Shown here: positions 1 through 11,559 of the stretch, piece by piece
Numbering within the stretch: the first letter of the stretch is position 1
Layout of the letters: every line of letters starts with the position of its first letter
Assembly (NCBI RefSeq): GCF_004010195.1
Contig: NW_025215142.1
Span: 26,359-66,672 of the forward strand
DNA length: 40,314 nucleotides
Direction of reading: 5' to 3'
DNA from: Chiloscyllium plagiosum
Lineage: Eukaryota
Program-made: the position numbers and the translations under genes
Notes under the pieces: model-generated
The model's database searches: none
The model's input: the letters and a program-made list of their open reading frames with translations, nothing else
What the model was told of the DNA's origin: nothing

Positions 1-3000
1 ACACTCCTTAAGGTCCTACCAATCACCATGAAACTCCTACCTTGATCTAACGTTGCCAAAATATTCCTCGGCCAACTTCTCCAGTTTGATCAAGGTCCTG
101 CTGCAATTTCTGATATACGTCCTCATTGTCCACGATACCAGCTATTTTAGTGTCGTCTTCAAGTTTCCTAATCATGCCTTGTACATTCGCAAGAATATCA
201 TTGATACAGATAACGAACAGCAATGGGCCTAGCAGCGACCCCCGAGGCACTTCATGTGTCACAGGCCTCCAGTCCGAGAGCATCCTTCCACTATTACCCA
301 CTGCTTACTACCATGACGCCAATTGTGTGTACAATTTGCCAGCTCCCTCTGGGGTCCATGCGATTCTAACCTTCCAGAACTGCCTATCAATGGTAACCTT
401 GTCAAAGGCCTTACTGAAAACCATACAGACTATGTATACCACCCTACCCTCATCAACATTACTGGTCACTTCATCAATGTACTCAAACAAACTTGAGATG
501 CATGATCTTCCACTCACAAAGCCATTCAATCTTTCCAGTCTAAAAACATTTATTAACAATAATTATTAAAATTAGTAATAACAAACGAATTAGTAAATAA
601 TAATAAGATGACATTTTCAGTGGAGTATACATTATCCATGGTATGTGATATTGGAACGTGTATCATGGGTGAAGGGCAGAATAGATTTTGTACCTGTGTC
701 ATTGAACTATGTTGAAAAAGGCAAGGGTGGCATGGTGGTTCAGTGGCTTGTACTGCTGTCTCATAGTGCCATGGATGCGGGTTTGGTTCCAGCTTCGGGT
801 GACTTTCTGTATGGAGTTTGCACATTCTCAGTGTGTTTGTGTGTGTTTCCTCTGGGTGCTCCATTTTCCTCCCACAATCCAAAGATGCATAGGTCAGGTG
901 AATTGGCCATGCTAAGTTACCCATAGTGTTATGTGCATCCGTCAGGGGTAAATATATGGCAAGGGAATGGGACTGGGTGGGTTACTGTTTGGAGGGTCGG
1001 TGTGATCTTGTTGGGCCAAATGGCCTGTTCCCATACTGTCGAGAATCTGTCAAAAAACTATTTCTAAACAAACCTTTTCTTTCCAAATGCATGTATATCT
1101 CATCTCTCAGAGTCTTCTCAAGTAACCTACCTACCACAGTTGTTAGGTTTCCTGGTCTATAGATTCCAGATTTTTCTTTGCTTCCCTTCTTGAAAAATGG
1201 CACATTTGCTAATCTCCAATATTCTGGAACCTAAACTGTAGCTAACGACGATGCAAAAGTACTAACCAGTGTCCCCGTAGTTTCTTCTGTAGCCTCTTGC
1301 AATATTCTTGGATGCATCTGTTTAGGACCAGGAGATTTATCCACCTTCATACATTCTAATGCATCCAACATGTCTTCTCCTGTGATATTGACTCACCCCA
1401 AGATAACACTACTACCGTTGTTAACCTCCCAAGTCTTCATGTCTTTCTCCACGGTAAAGGCAGAGGAGAAATATTCATTGAGAATCTCGCAAATCTCCTA
1501 CGGTTCTAGACATGCATGTCCACTATGGAACTTGAGGGGTCATACTCTCATTTAGCTATTCTTTTTACTTTAATATACTTTAAGAACCTCTTTGCATTCA
1601 CCCTAATCTTCTCAGCCAAAGCTATCTGGTGCCCCTTTTTCGCACTCCCGATTTCCTTCTTCAGTAAACTACTGTATCCCCTGTACACCTCCAGGTATTC
1701 CCTCGATCCCAGCTGCCTGGACCTGAGCCACGCCTCCTTTTTGCTGGTCAAAGCCTCAATATTTCCTGACATCTCAGATTCCCTCTTCCTACCAACCTTG
1801 CCTTTTACCCTCACAGGAACATATAGACCTTGAAAGTCGACATTTCACTTTTAAAGGTCTCCCACTTGCAGGAGGTGCCTTTGCCTGCAAACAAACTCCT
1901 CCAACCAACTCCTACAAGCTCCTGTCTCATTCCACCAAAATTCGCCTTGCCCCAAGTTTGAACTTGAACATGTGGAGCAGTTTTGTCCTTCTCCATAATA
2001 TTTTAAAATTAACAGAACTATGTTCACGGGTCCCAGACTGTTCCCCCACTGTCACTGCAGTCACCTGTCCTGCCCTAGATCTCAGAATAGGTCAGGTTTC
2101 GTCCCTTCCCGAGTTGCATCCTCTACATACTGCTTGAGGAAACTATTGTGAACACACTTAATAAATACACCCCATCTCAGTCCTTAATTCTCTGTCATTC
2201 CCAGTCTATGTTAGGAAATTTAAAATCTCCTACTAATGCAATCCTACTGGCCCTACAAGTCTCCCCAGTCTGTCTATATATTTTTGTTCCCCTAATTCCT
2301 CGTTTACTATTGGGGGCCTGTAGTACAATCCAAATACTATCACCATTCATTTCTTATTTATTAGCTCCCCAGACAAATCCTCACAGGATGATCCATCAGT
2401 TATTTTATCTCTGATTACTGCTGTGATACTCGCCTTAATCAAAAATGAAACTCACCGTCCCCTCCTTCCACCGTCTCTGTCCCGCATAAAGCACCTGTAC
2501 CTTGGTACATTAAGCTGCCAGTGCTGTCCCTCCCTTAGCCATGTTTCAGTAATGACTATAATATCCCAGTCCCACGCAGCAATCCATGCCCTGAGTTCAT
2601 CGGCCTTACCTGTCTTGCATTGAAACAGTTGCAATTTAATCCAACAGGCATTCCTTCCTCCCTGTCGTTGTCTAGCCTGACTTGTCTCTTCATTTTACTG
2701 TTTCTGATTACTGTATCTCCTTCCAGCCCCGCACTTGCCTCCCTGCCGTTGAGGATCCCAACCCTCCCCAACCCCAGCCAATCTCGTTGAAACCCTCGCT
2801 TGCAGCAGTTGCAAACCTGCGTGCTCGGATACTGGTCCCCTTCCAGTTCAGGTACAACCCGTCCTTCCTGAACACGTCACCTTGCCCGACAAAAGATCCC
2901 AGTAATCCAAAAATCTCTGCCCGCTGCATCAATTCTTTAGCCACCCCTTCATCTGCCATATCCTCCTGTTCTTATCTTCACTAGTACGCAGCACTGGAAG

Positions 3001-3305
3001 TAAACTGGATATTACAACTGTCATGGTCCTGTCTTTCATCCTTTTCCCTAGCTCTCTACAATCACTCTGCAGGATGTCATCACTATTTCTACATGTGTTA
3101 CTCTGTCCTTTGTACCAATGTGCACAATAACCTCTGGCTGCTTCCCCACCAGCAAACCCCCCCCCCGCCCCCCACCCCCAGTGAGAACGTTCTGCAGCCG
3201 CTCTGAGACATCCTGGACCCTGGCACGTGGGAGGCTACACACCATTCCGGATTCCCATTTGCAGCCATAGAATCTCCTGTCTGTTCCCCTCACTATCGAG
3301 TCGGA
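1..3305 (-). mobile_element. CR1-clade LINE, decayed; spans ORF1 esterase, endonuclease and RT, interrupted at ~545-1060, runs off the left edge
   Basis: Minus-strand frames give RT motifs (VPRGSLLGPLLFVICIND, EDDTK, FSKAFDKV, YRPGNLTTVVGRLLE), APE endonuclease (DIIVITETWL) and an ORF1 SGNH-esterase-like segment (DSIVRGTDRRF...VCSLPRARVQDV...VIVHIGTKD). Frameshifts and stops are present. Confidence 0.93.
726..1048 (+). mobile_element. tRNA-derived V-SINE (HE1-like) inserted in CR1
   Basis: tRNA-like head (ggtggcatggtggttcagtgg...gggtttggttcc), V-domain-like core (ggagtttgcacattctc...tttcctcccacaatccaaagatg) and CR1-like tail (gggccaaatggcctgttccc). Confidence 0.85.
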
Positions 3306-3789
3306 TAATTACTTCTGTAGTTATTCTACTTGCACAGCCTTCTGACAATTTCTTCCTGAAACAGTTGAATTTGGCTGAACTGTTTTGCTTCAAGTAATGG
3401 GGAGATTCTAATGAATCCTCATCAGGAATCCTCCATTAGTGGGAAAGACGACTGGGCTTTTTTTCAGTCCACACATTGCTGTGATGAGCGATCGGGAAAC
3501 AGAAAGGGAGCAATAGAATGTTTCACTACATTTTCCATCTTAAGTTAAATCAGTAACGTTATCAGTCCTACACTGGACTCTGTGAGCTCTTCTTGAACAT
3601 TATCCGAACTATATGACTCCATCACATTCTCGACTCCTGGTCAGTGCATTGTTGCAGAATCAATTAATTAACAATAAATGGTCCTATTGTTTTGAAGATG
3701 TGTTAATATGTGCTTGCATAATGTAAAAATAAGCGTTTCATGTCTTCACAATATCTGTGTTAAAATGAATATTCTTAAACATATACAGT

Positions 3790-3880
3790 AATTGCTGGAA
3801 AAGTTCAGCCTATCTGTCAGCATGTAGGAAGAGAATTCACAGTTCAATTTTTCTGTCCCATGACCTTTCCTTTGAAACTG
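3790..3880 (-). mobile_element. Penelope-like terminal remnant, degenerate
   Basis: attgctggaaaagttcagc...agttcaattt...gacctttcctttgaaactga resembles the remnant at 15686-15778 and recalled Penelope-type termini. Confidence 0.45.
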
Positions 3881-3884
3881 ACTT

Positions 3885-4445
3885 ATTCTTAAAGTATTTC
3901 CCCAGTTTTACTCTCCTACACAAGAGGAAATATCCATCCGGTATTCACCAACTACACTATTCTCAAGATCTTATATGGACAATAAAACATCCCTCATTCT
4001 GAGGCCGAACTGTTATTTCTTCATAACGTAATGCCTTCATCCCAAGAATGCGTCAAGAGAAACAGCTTTGAGACTGTTTCGAAAGCAATTTTGTTTTTTT
4101 TTTAATTTTCAGTTTAGACAGTTATAACTACACATAGTACAACAGATGTAATCTCAGCAATGCCCTGTACTGATGCAGAAAACATCGCTAAGATCATACC
4201 CAACACCCCTTGCACGAAACAGGATCACGACATTTACCTTCCAAATCACTTGCTACATCTTCAGGTTAATTTAATGTGATTCATGTACTAAGACACACAA
4301 ATCCCTCTGTACCACTGAGTTCTGCATTCTCCTTATATTTAAATAAATTTCTGCTATTTCATCTTTTCCCCAAAACAGAAAATTTCCATCACATATATAT
4401 TGTACTGTTTTTTTCTGCTGAAGCTTTGCTCACAGCCATCCTCTG
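3885..4445 (-). mobile_element. Old CR1 3' fragment
   Basis: Diverged similarity to the minus-strand CR1 3' regions elsewhere in the window (e.g. 7600-8050). Confidence 0.5.
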
Positions 4446-4469
4446 TCTGCATGCCATTGCTTGTTGCTG

Positions 4470-4852
4470 TGCCTCCCCCAGTCTGTGTCCCATTGCAGAC
4501 GTNNNNNNNNNNNNNNNNNNNNNNNNNNNNNNNNNNNNNNNNNNNNNNNNNNNNNNNNNNNNNNNNNNNNNNNNNNNNNNNNNNNNNNNNNNNNNNNNNN
4601 NNNNNNNNNNNNNNNNNNNNNNNNNNNNNNNNNNNNNNNNNNNNNNNNNNNNNNNNNNNNNNNNNNNNNNNNNNNNNNNNNNNNNNNNNATCCCATTGCA
4701 GACGCTCTGCCCTCCCCCTGTCTGTATCCCTTTGCAGACGCTCTGCCCTCCCTGTCTGTATCACATTGCAGACGCTCTGCCCTATCCCCGTCTGTATCCC
4801 ATTGCAGACGGTCTGCCCTCCCCCTGTCTCTATCCCATTGCAGACGCTCTGT
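4470..4852. repeat. ~36-bp minisatellite spanning an assembly gap
   Basis: Unit tcccattgcagacgctctgccctccccctgtctgta, about 4.5 copies after the gap and one before it. Confidence 0.92.
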
Positions 4853-5216
4853 CTCCATTTGACATCTTATTGAATGACTATCCTGGTGCATGAGCAAACT
4901 GAGCTCTATCCCCTTCATCCGGTTCATTGGTATAGATTGTAACTTGTTGATGACCTCACACAGATCCCTGAAAAATTCCACTCGTTACAGCTTTCCAAAC
5001 ACAAAATGAGTAATGATCTATACTCTGCATTTCCTGACAGCAACCCAGAGCGCTCCTGCTTCCGCATAACAACCTGGGATGGTTATATGGCGTCCCCCTG
5101 TGCTGTGTAATTTACTGAAAACTTCATTCTGTTTAGTGCGGCCTGTTTGGTGCTGCCCATTTTTCCGCAGACCCATTTAGGCACAGAACTATTTCAGCGC
5201 AGCTCATATTTATTCA

Positions 5217-5956
5217 TTTTCAGGCTTAGATAAAAGCATTAATCAAATCAATAAAAATAAAAATAATGTTTATTCCCTTCAGTACATATGTTAAAAAGAC
5301 ACTTGAGTAAGTATAACATTGACTCAGAGTTTTCTCTCAGAGCTATAATGATAATTGGCCTTGCATTTATTCACATTGAAAACATTCCTGAAGCTATTGA
5401 ACATCTGACTGATGCGCTTCCAGATGAATTGCAACCGCTGCTGGATTGGTTTGAGGATAACTATGTAGGTAGAAGATTACACAGAGGAAATGGTCGGCGT
5501 TCATCGCTTTTTCCAGTTGGAATGTGGAATTTATATGAAAGAACTTTAAACAATGAGGACAAAACAAACAATAATGCAGAAGCTGCCCACAGGGGCTGAC
5601 AGTGCGAACTTGATGTGGATAACCCAGTTATTTGGAAATATATTGACTGTTTACGAAACGTTCGGAGAGGAAGGGACATTTACTATGAGCATTTGATAGC
5701 AGGGCACGACATCACGACATTCCATTGAAATTAAAGAAGCATTTGCAAGAATACAAACACTGGTAAGAAGATTTAGTGAGAGAAATGATGTCCAGTATTT
5801 ACGAGGATTACCCATAATTTTGAATGAACGTCATGTTTTAGATTTTTCGTAATGAACTTATATCGTTTATTTTTTTCTTTTTAACATTTTGACTGAAGAG
5901 AATAAACATTATTTTTATTTTTAGTCTTCATTAATGCTTTTAACTAAGCCTGAAAA
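5217..5956 (+). mobile_element. MULE/Mutator-like DNA transposon derivative bounded by ~80-bp inverted repeats
   Basis: 5217-5299 (ttttcaggcttagataaaagcattaat...aaaataatgtttattcccttcagt...atgttaaaaaga) is the near reverse complement of 5876-5956; a transposase remnant lies between them. Confidence 0.8.
5306..5825 (+). pseudogene. MULE transposase C-terminal remnant
   Basis: LAFIHIENI...LLDWFEDNYVG...LFPVGMWNLYER...KTNNNAEAAH, then a stop, then NPVIWKYIDCLR...RIQTLV...YLRGL. This matches the motif order of animal MULE transposases (TNNxxE.xH carries the catalytic Glu). Confidence 0.82.
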
Positions 5957-6453
5957 GTGAGAGATGAGATTGGAAATGCCAGCGAGTTTAAATTGAGTAT
6001 TGCTTTTTACTGAACATTGCTGCATACGTGGTTGGTGGGACGTCGATGTTTCAGAATCTCCACACAAAGTGTCCTGGTCCTCTCTGGCTCTTTCCAGGAT
6101 CCTCCCGATATGTCGATGTAGAGGGTGAGCGAACGGATATCGGGCACTCTAAGACCTTGGCCTTTTATGTCCTATTCCAGGATGTTTCTCCTGGAATGGG
6201 AGAAGAGGAGGGACGGAGTGAGGGTGGGAGTGGGTGTCCCTGCTGTTAATGCTGGTATAGGGGAAGGGGGAAGGGTGAGATGTCCGGAGGGCGTCTGACC
6301 ACAGTGTTGTATCCATGCAGTGGTATTAGTGTGCGGGGCTATTGCGTCAGTGACAGAAAAAGTGAGGGAAGGAAGGTGCTGAATTCACTCCCTGAACGTT
6401 TTGTCCAAGTCTATTGGTAATAACGCCACAGACCCTTTCCATCACTTCCCACA
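5951..6453 (-). mobile_element. Possible solo LTR
   Basis: On the minus strand it begins TGTG and ends TTCA, with a TATA-like cataaaaggccaagg and AGTAAA near the end. It shares an exact 14-mer with 29443-29456. No TSD found. Confidence 0.3.
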
Positions 6454-6582
6454 GAATCAGTTTGGGTGGATCTTACAAATAGCAAGGTGAAGCAAACATT
6501 AGTGTGTTATATATCAAAACCAAATCTGTCACGTAAATACTTTACAACATGCTGTGGAAATTAGGTATGCAAGTATATGCAA

Positions 6583-6910
6583 GGGGGAGCAATGACACAG
6601 TGATATTATCGCTGGGCTCTTAACCCAGAGACCCAGGTAATATTCTGGGGACATGAATTCAAATCCTGCCATGGTGGAATTTGAATTCAATATTTTCTGG
6701 AATCAAGGGTTTATGATGACCAGGAATCCATTGTCGATTGTTGGAAAAACTCATCTGGTTCACTGATGTCCTTGAGGGAAGGATACTGCTGTCCTTACCT
6801 GGTGTGGCCTGCATGTGACTCCAGATTCAAGACAAAGCTGCTGACTCTTAACTGCCCTCAGGCATGGGCAATAAATACTCGTTATCCAGCGACGCCCTCA
6901 TCCTGTGAAA
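6583..6910 (+). mobile_element. tRNA-derived SINE (second family)
   Basis: A/B-box-like head (gcaatgacacagtgatatt...gaattcaaatcc) and 3' end gggcaataaatactcg...cagcgacgccctcatcc; an inverted homolog is at 14190-14515. Confidence 0.72.
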
Positions 6911-7296
6911 TAGTAACAAATATTCGTGGGTGCTGCAGTAATAATGGATGGTCTCAAGTTGCACAGAAACGGCAGTGACTACGAATACTGTGAAGAAAAA
7001 CTTCCGTAAGTGTGTATTAGATAGGTTGAACAGTATGCTGTGAACCAAACTAGAGAGCAGGTTATTTCAGATTTGGTGTTGTGTTGTCAGGAGGACTAAG
7101 TCATAATTTGCTCTGAAGCAGCTTTGGAGGAATAGTGACATCAATATGTTGCATTTTTACACGGCGTCTGAATACAATATCGAATGTTTGAACATTCTGG
7201 TCAAACAACATGGAAGCCCGGAGGCTAGAGGGTCAAGTACGCTCCAATGAATTGGGGAAGTATAATATAACATTCAAAGGGAGAAGCAATGATTGT

Positions 7297-8692
7297 GAGA
7301 GTCATAGAGTCCGACAGGTCGGAGAAAGGCCCTTCAACCCAAACTGGTCCATTCCAAACAAAATGTCCATTCACATTAACCCCATTAACCACATTTCCAA
7401 ATGCATTTTACATTTTGTGAATGTACCTCCCTCAACCACCTCTGCTGGCAGCTCATTCCATGTGTATACCACCCTGTGTGTAAAATAAATTGCCCCTCAG
7501 GTACCCTTTTACTCTTTCCCCTCGCATCTTAAATTGATGCCCTCTAGTCCATGGGTTGCTCAATCCTGTGTAAAAAAAAAACTGAGTGCATTCACTCTAT
7601 CCATGCTTCCCATGATCCTACACTTCTATCAGGTCACCCTCAGTCTCGTACACTCGAAAGTAAAAACTCCTAGTTTGCCCAACCTCTCACTATATTTCAG
7701 GCCATTGAGTCCGGGCATCATCATTGCAAATTTCTTCTGCACTATTTCCAGTTTAAGAACATCCTTCCTATAGCAAAGTGAACAACACTGATCATAACAC
7801 ACTTAGTATTGCCTCACCATCATCCTGTATAACTGCAACATAACTCCCTAATTTCGATAATCATTACTCTGACAGATGAAGGCCAGTATGCCAAATGCCT
7901 TTTTCGCTGCCCTATCTACCTATGACTCCACTTTCAGAGAACCTTGAACCTGAATTCCAAGGTCCCTTTGTCTCAATACACTCCTTACGACCCTGACATT
8001 CACCATGAAACTCCTCCCTTGATTTGACTTTCTAAAATGCAAGAACTGACACTTATCTGTAAATATATATATATATTATACATGCATAAGACAAACAGTA
8101 GTAGTCCCAGAACCGACTCCTGAGGCATTCCACTCATCACAGGCCTTCAGTCCGACAAGCATGCTTCCACTATTACTCGATGTTTCCTACCATCAAGCAA
8201 ATTTTGGATCTGATTTGCCAGCTCCGCCTCAATTCCATATGATCTAAACGTCCAGAGCAGCCTACTATGTGGAACCTTACTGAAGCCTTACTGAAACCCA
8301 TATACACTACGTATACCACCATGCCCTTGTCAAAGTTACTGGTCATTTCAACAAAGCACTCTCACGATTTTTTAAGCCATGATCCCCCATGCACAAAGAC
8401 GTGCTGACTGTTCATAATCACACGCTGCCTTTCCAAATGCATGTATATCGTCTCTCTCAGAATCTTCTCAAGAAACCTACCTCCTCGAGATGTCAGGTTT
8501 ACTGGTCTATAGGTCCCAGGTTTTTCTTTGTAGCTCTTCTTGAATAAAGGCACAGCATTCGCTACCCTCCAGTCCTCCAGGACCTCACCCGTTGGCTACC
8601 GATGATACAAAAGTACAAACCACGGCCCCCGCTATCACTTCTCTGTCCTCCTGCAGTGTTCCTTAATATGTCTGGTCAGGACCAGGAGATTT
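7297..8692 (-). mobile_element. CR1 LINE, 5'-truncated, with internal deletion
   Basis: Tail (agagtcatagagtc) at ~7297; RT motif PLFKKSYKEKPGTYRPVNLTS; same subfamily as 1-3305. Confidence 0.88.
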
Positions 8693-8799
8693 TTAGAAAT
8701 ACTGCATAGTCTGAATGATATGTCTACTTATTTCAGATGAAAACACGAAAGAGTGAGTAAGTGACTTAATGATGACTAACATAACAAATTAAAGAATAG

Positions 8800-9737
8800 A
8801 TTAATTACAGGAAGTGGCTTCAGAAGAATTCCAGATATTGTGGAATCCTAAGAATTCTCAGAAAATTGCAATCCAAAAAAGGAGGGCCATGAAACTGATC
8901 AGGAAATCAAAAAGCGAACATGCATGCAAACAAACAGGAACACAAAGACTGCAAAAATCTATAATCTATATTTCAAAAGAAAAAAAACATAGTCAAATGT
9001 GGAAATTTGCACTCGGGAGAGATGAGTTTATGATGGATAACAGGGAACTGGCAAAGCAAATGATCAGTTACTTAACATCTGTCTTAATGGAGTAAGATCC
9101 AGAAAATCACCCAGAAATACGAAGTGATTGTATAGGACTTGTGGAAGTAAAGACATGAAGTCAATTCATATCAGTAACAAGGCAATATTGAACATGCAGC
9201 TGGATTGAGCATTGTTAAGCTTGACAAGCCAGATGTACTACATACCAAAATCTTCAGAAATAAATCACAAATAGAAGTATTGATTGCATTGTCGATGACT
9301 GCGTTCTATTTTCCTGTACATTCTGCAGAGTCTGGAAGCTGATGTCAATAAATGCACATTGGTAAACGTGATCCAAGCACAATAGATGAATGGTAGGGAT
9401 CCACGCATCTACAAAGAGAAGAAGAGATAGTGTGGAGAACTGCTGACAAATTAACTTGACATTTGTCGGGAAACTGTTGGAATCTATTATATCGGATGTG
9501 ATATTGGTTATTTTGACATTAACAGCAAATTTGAGAGACACAGTATGCATTTCTGAAAGGGAAATAATACTTGACGAACTTTGGAATTGTTTGAAGTAGA
9601 TTCTTACAGCATAGATAATGGGGATCCAGTAGAATTGGTATTGATTTTAGGTCATCAGAAGGCTTTCTATAAGAACTCATGCAGTGAGTTCGAAATGCAA
9701 TGGTGTGAATGGTATTTGGAGGAATATATGTAAGTGG
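8800..9737 (+). mobile_element. Highly decayed CR1 ORF2 fragment
   Basis: MDNRELAKQMISYLTSV and downstream RT-like remnants (ttaacttgacatttgtcgggaaactgttggaatc; gataatggggatccagtaga). Confidence 0.55.
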
Positions 9738-9767
9738 NNNNNNNNNNNNNNNNNNNNNNNNNNNNNN

Positions 9768-10242
9768 ATCCCTGGAATGGTAGGAATAACATATGAGGAA
9801 CGGCTGAGGATCCTGGGATTGTATGCATTGGAGTTTAGAAGATTAAGGGGAGATCTAATAGCAACTTACAAGAGAATACATGGCTTGGAGAGGGTGTTCG
9901 CTAGGAAATTGCTTCCGTTCGGCGAGGAGACTAGGACCCGTGATCACAGCCTTAGAATTAGAGGTGGTAAATTCTGAACAGAAATGCGGAGACATTTCTT
10001 CAGCCAGAGAGTGGTGGGCCTGTGGAATTCATTGTCACAGAGTGCAGTGGAGGTTGGGATGCTAAATGTCTTCAAGGCAGAAATTGATAAATTCTTGATG
10101 TCACAAGGAATTAAGTGCTACGGGGAGAATGCAGGTAAGTGGAGTTGAAATGTCCATCAGCCATGATTGAATGGCGGAGTGGACTCGATGGGCCGAATGG
10201 CCTTACTTCCGCTCCTATGTCTTATGGTCTTATGGTCTTATG
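9768..10242 (+). mobile_element. Young CR1 3' end
   Basis: IPGMVGITYEERLRILGLYALEFRRLRGDLI...RDHSLRIRGG; tail (tcttatgg)n. Confidence 0.92.
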
Positions 10243-10364
10243 CACAAGATTACAGAGAATACCCCGATAACCTACAAGTGTGTCAAGCGGAACAGAATAA
10301 CCAGTGAACACGTAGGACTCATTAGTGACTTGCCAAGTTGCATCTAAATCAACTTTAGTAGTAG

Positions 10365-11420
10365 GAGAAAGAGGGGAGTGGTAGAAGGCTGTTTGTGTGA
10401 CTGGAGGCTAGTGTCCAATGCTGTACCACGGGCATCAGTGCTGGGTCCCTTATTATTTGTGATTCGGAGGTGCTAGTGTTGGGCTATGGTGGACAAATCT
10501 AAAAATAGCATAACACCAGACTATAGTCTAACAGGTTTATTCGGCAGCACTAGCTTTCGAAACGCTGCTTCTTCATCAACGTGCAGAACCACGTGATGTA
10601 ACTGATGTTGAGAGATTTTTATCCTTATCATTTGTGGTATTCATAAATGATGCAGCTGTGAATATGGACGAGGGGTGGGGTGTGTAATAAATAAGTTTGT
10701 ATTTGATACAAAGATTGGCCAGGTTGGCAGTAAGGAACCAGTCAGGGGAGTACTCAATGAATGACAGCACACTAGGGAGCTCAGAGGGTGCTTCTCGAGA
10801 CATCGCTGAATGGGACTGCACAGGTGAATACACAATCTGGGAAAGGCTAGGGGAATGTAAACATAGCCTTTATTCATCGAGACATAGATTATAAGAACTA
10901 TGCGGAACTGTGGTAAGAGCAAGATGGAATACTGTGTGTAGGTCTGGGAACAACATTACAGGAATTATGTGATTGTAGTGGAGGGGGTGCAGAGCAGATT
11001 CACCAGGATGTTCCCTGGGTTGGAGCATATCAGCTACGGAGAGAGGCTGGATAACCTCAGGTTGTTTAGTTTGGAGGAGAGAAGGCTGAGAGCTCTGTGA
11101 TTCAGAGAGATAGGATTACGAGGTACATGGACAGGGTGGATAGACATTAGCTGTTGCTTTGACTCAAAGGGCCACACTTTTAAAACGAAGGATTTGCGGT
11201 TTAGTGAAGATTTAAGAATTGTTTTTCAACCAGAGGGTGTTGGGGTCTGGAATGCACATCTTGAGAGTGGAGTTGTCATGGTACCCCAAACCATTAGAAA
11301 CCACACGGCTGTGCACTTCAAATGCTTTAAGATTCACAGCTACGTTCTTGTGTCGGAAAGTGGGCCTAATGTAGACCGTGCTGTATTTCTGGTAGTACAT
11401 AGTCTGTGCTTCTGTGATTG
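10365..11420 (+). mobile_element. CR1 RT/3' fragment, interrupted
   Basis: DWRLVSNAVPRASVLGPLLFVI, gatacaaagattggc (DTKIG), FTRMFPGLEHISYGERL. Confidence 0.8.
10462..10582 (-). mobile_element. Penelope terminal fragment with degenerate hammerhead core
   Basis: Homologous to 36955-37076; minus strand reads TTGATGAagaagcagcgtttcGAAAgcTAgtg. Confidence 0.7.
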
Positions 11421-11559
11421 TATGGCTGTGGAAGGTCAATCACTGAGTAGCTTAAGATAGGAATTGATGGGTTTGTGTAGAATACCTCAGCAAAGTTGTT
11501 AAGAGAGAACTTGTAATATTTTCTGGAAATATGTCAATGGCATAATTAAGAGAAAAAAG

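Noticed and set aside
726..800. tRNA-like sequences at SINE heads
   Set aside because: No cloverleaf is recoverable, and each continues into a SINE body.
4860..5110. Minus-strand ORF start (MEFFRDLCEV...) and a CTCF-like cagggggacgcc
   Set aside because: No homology recognised, the ORF runs into the minisatellite, and the motif match needs an insertion.
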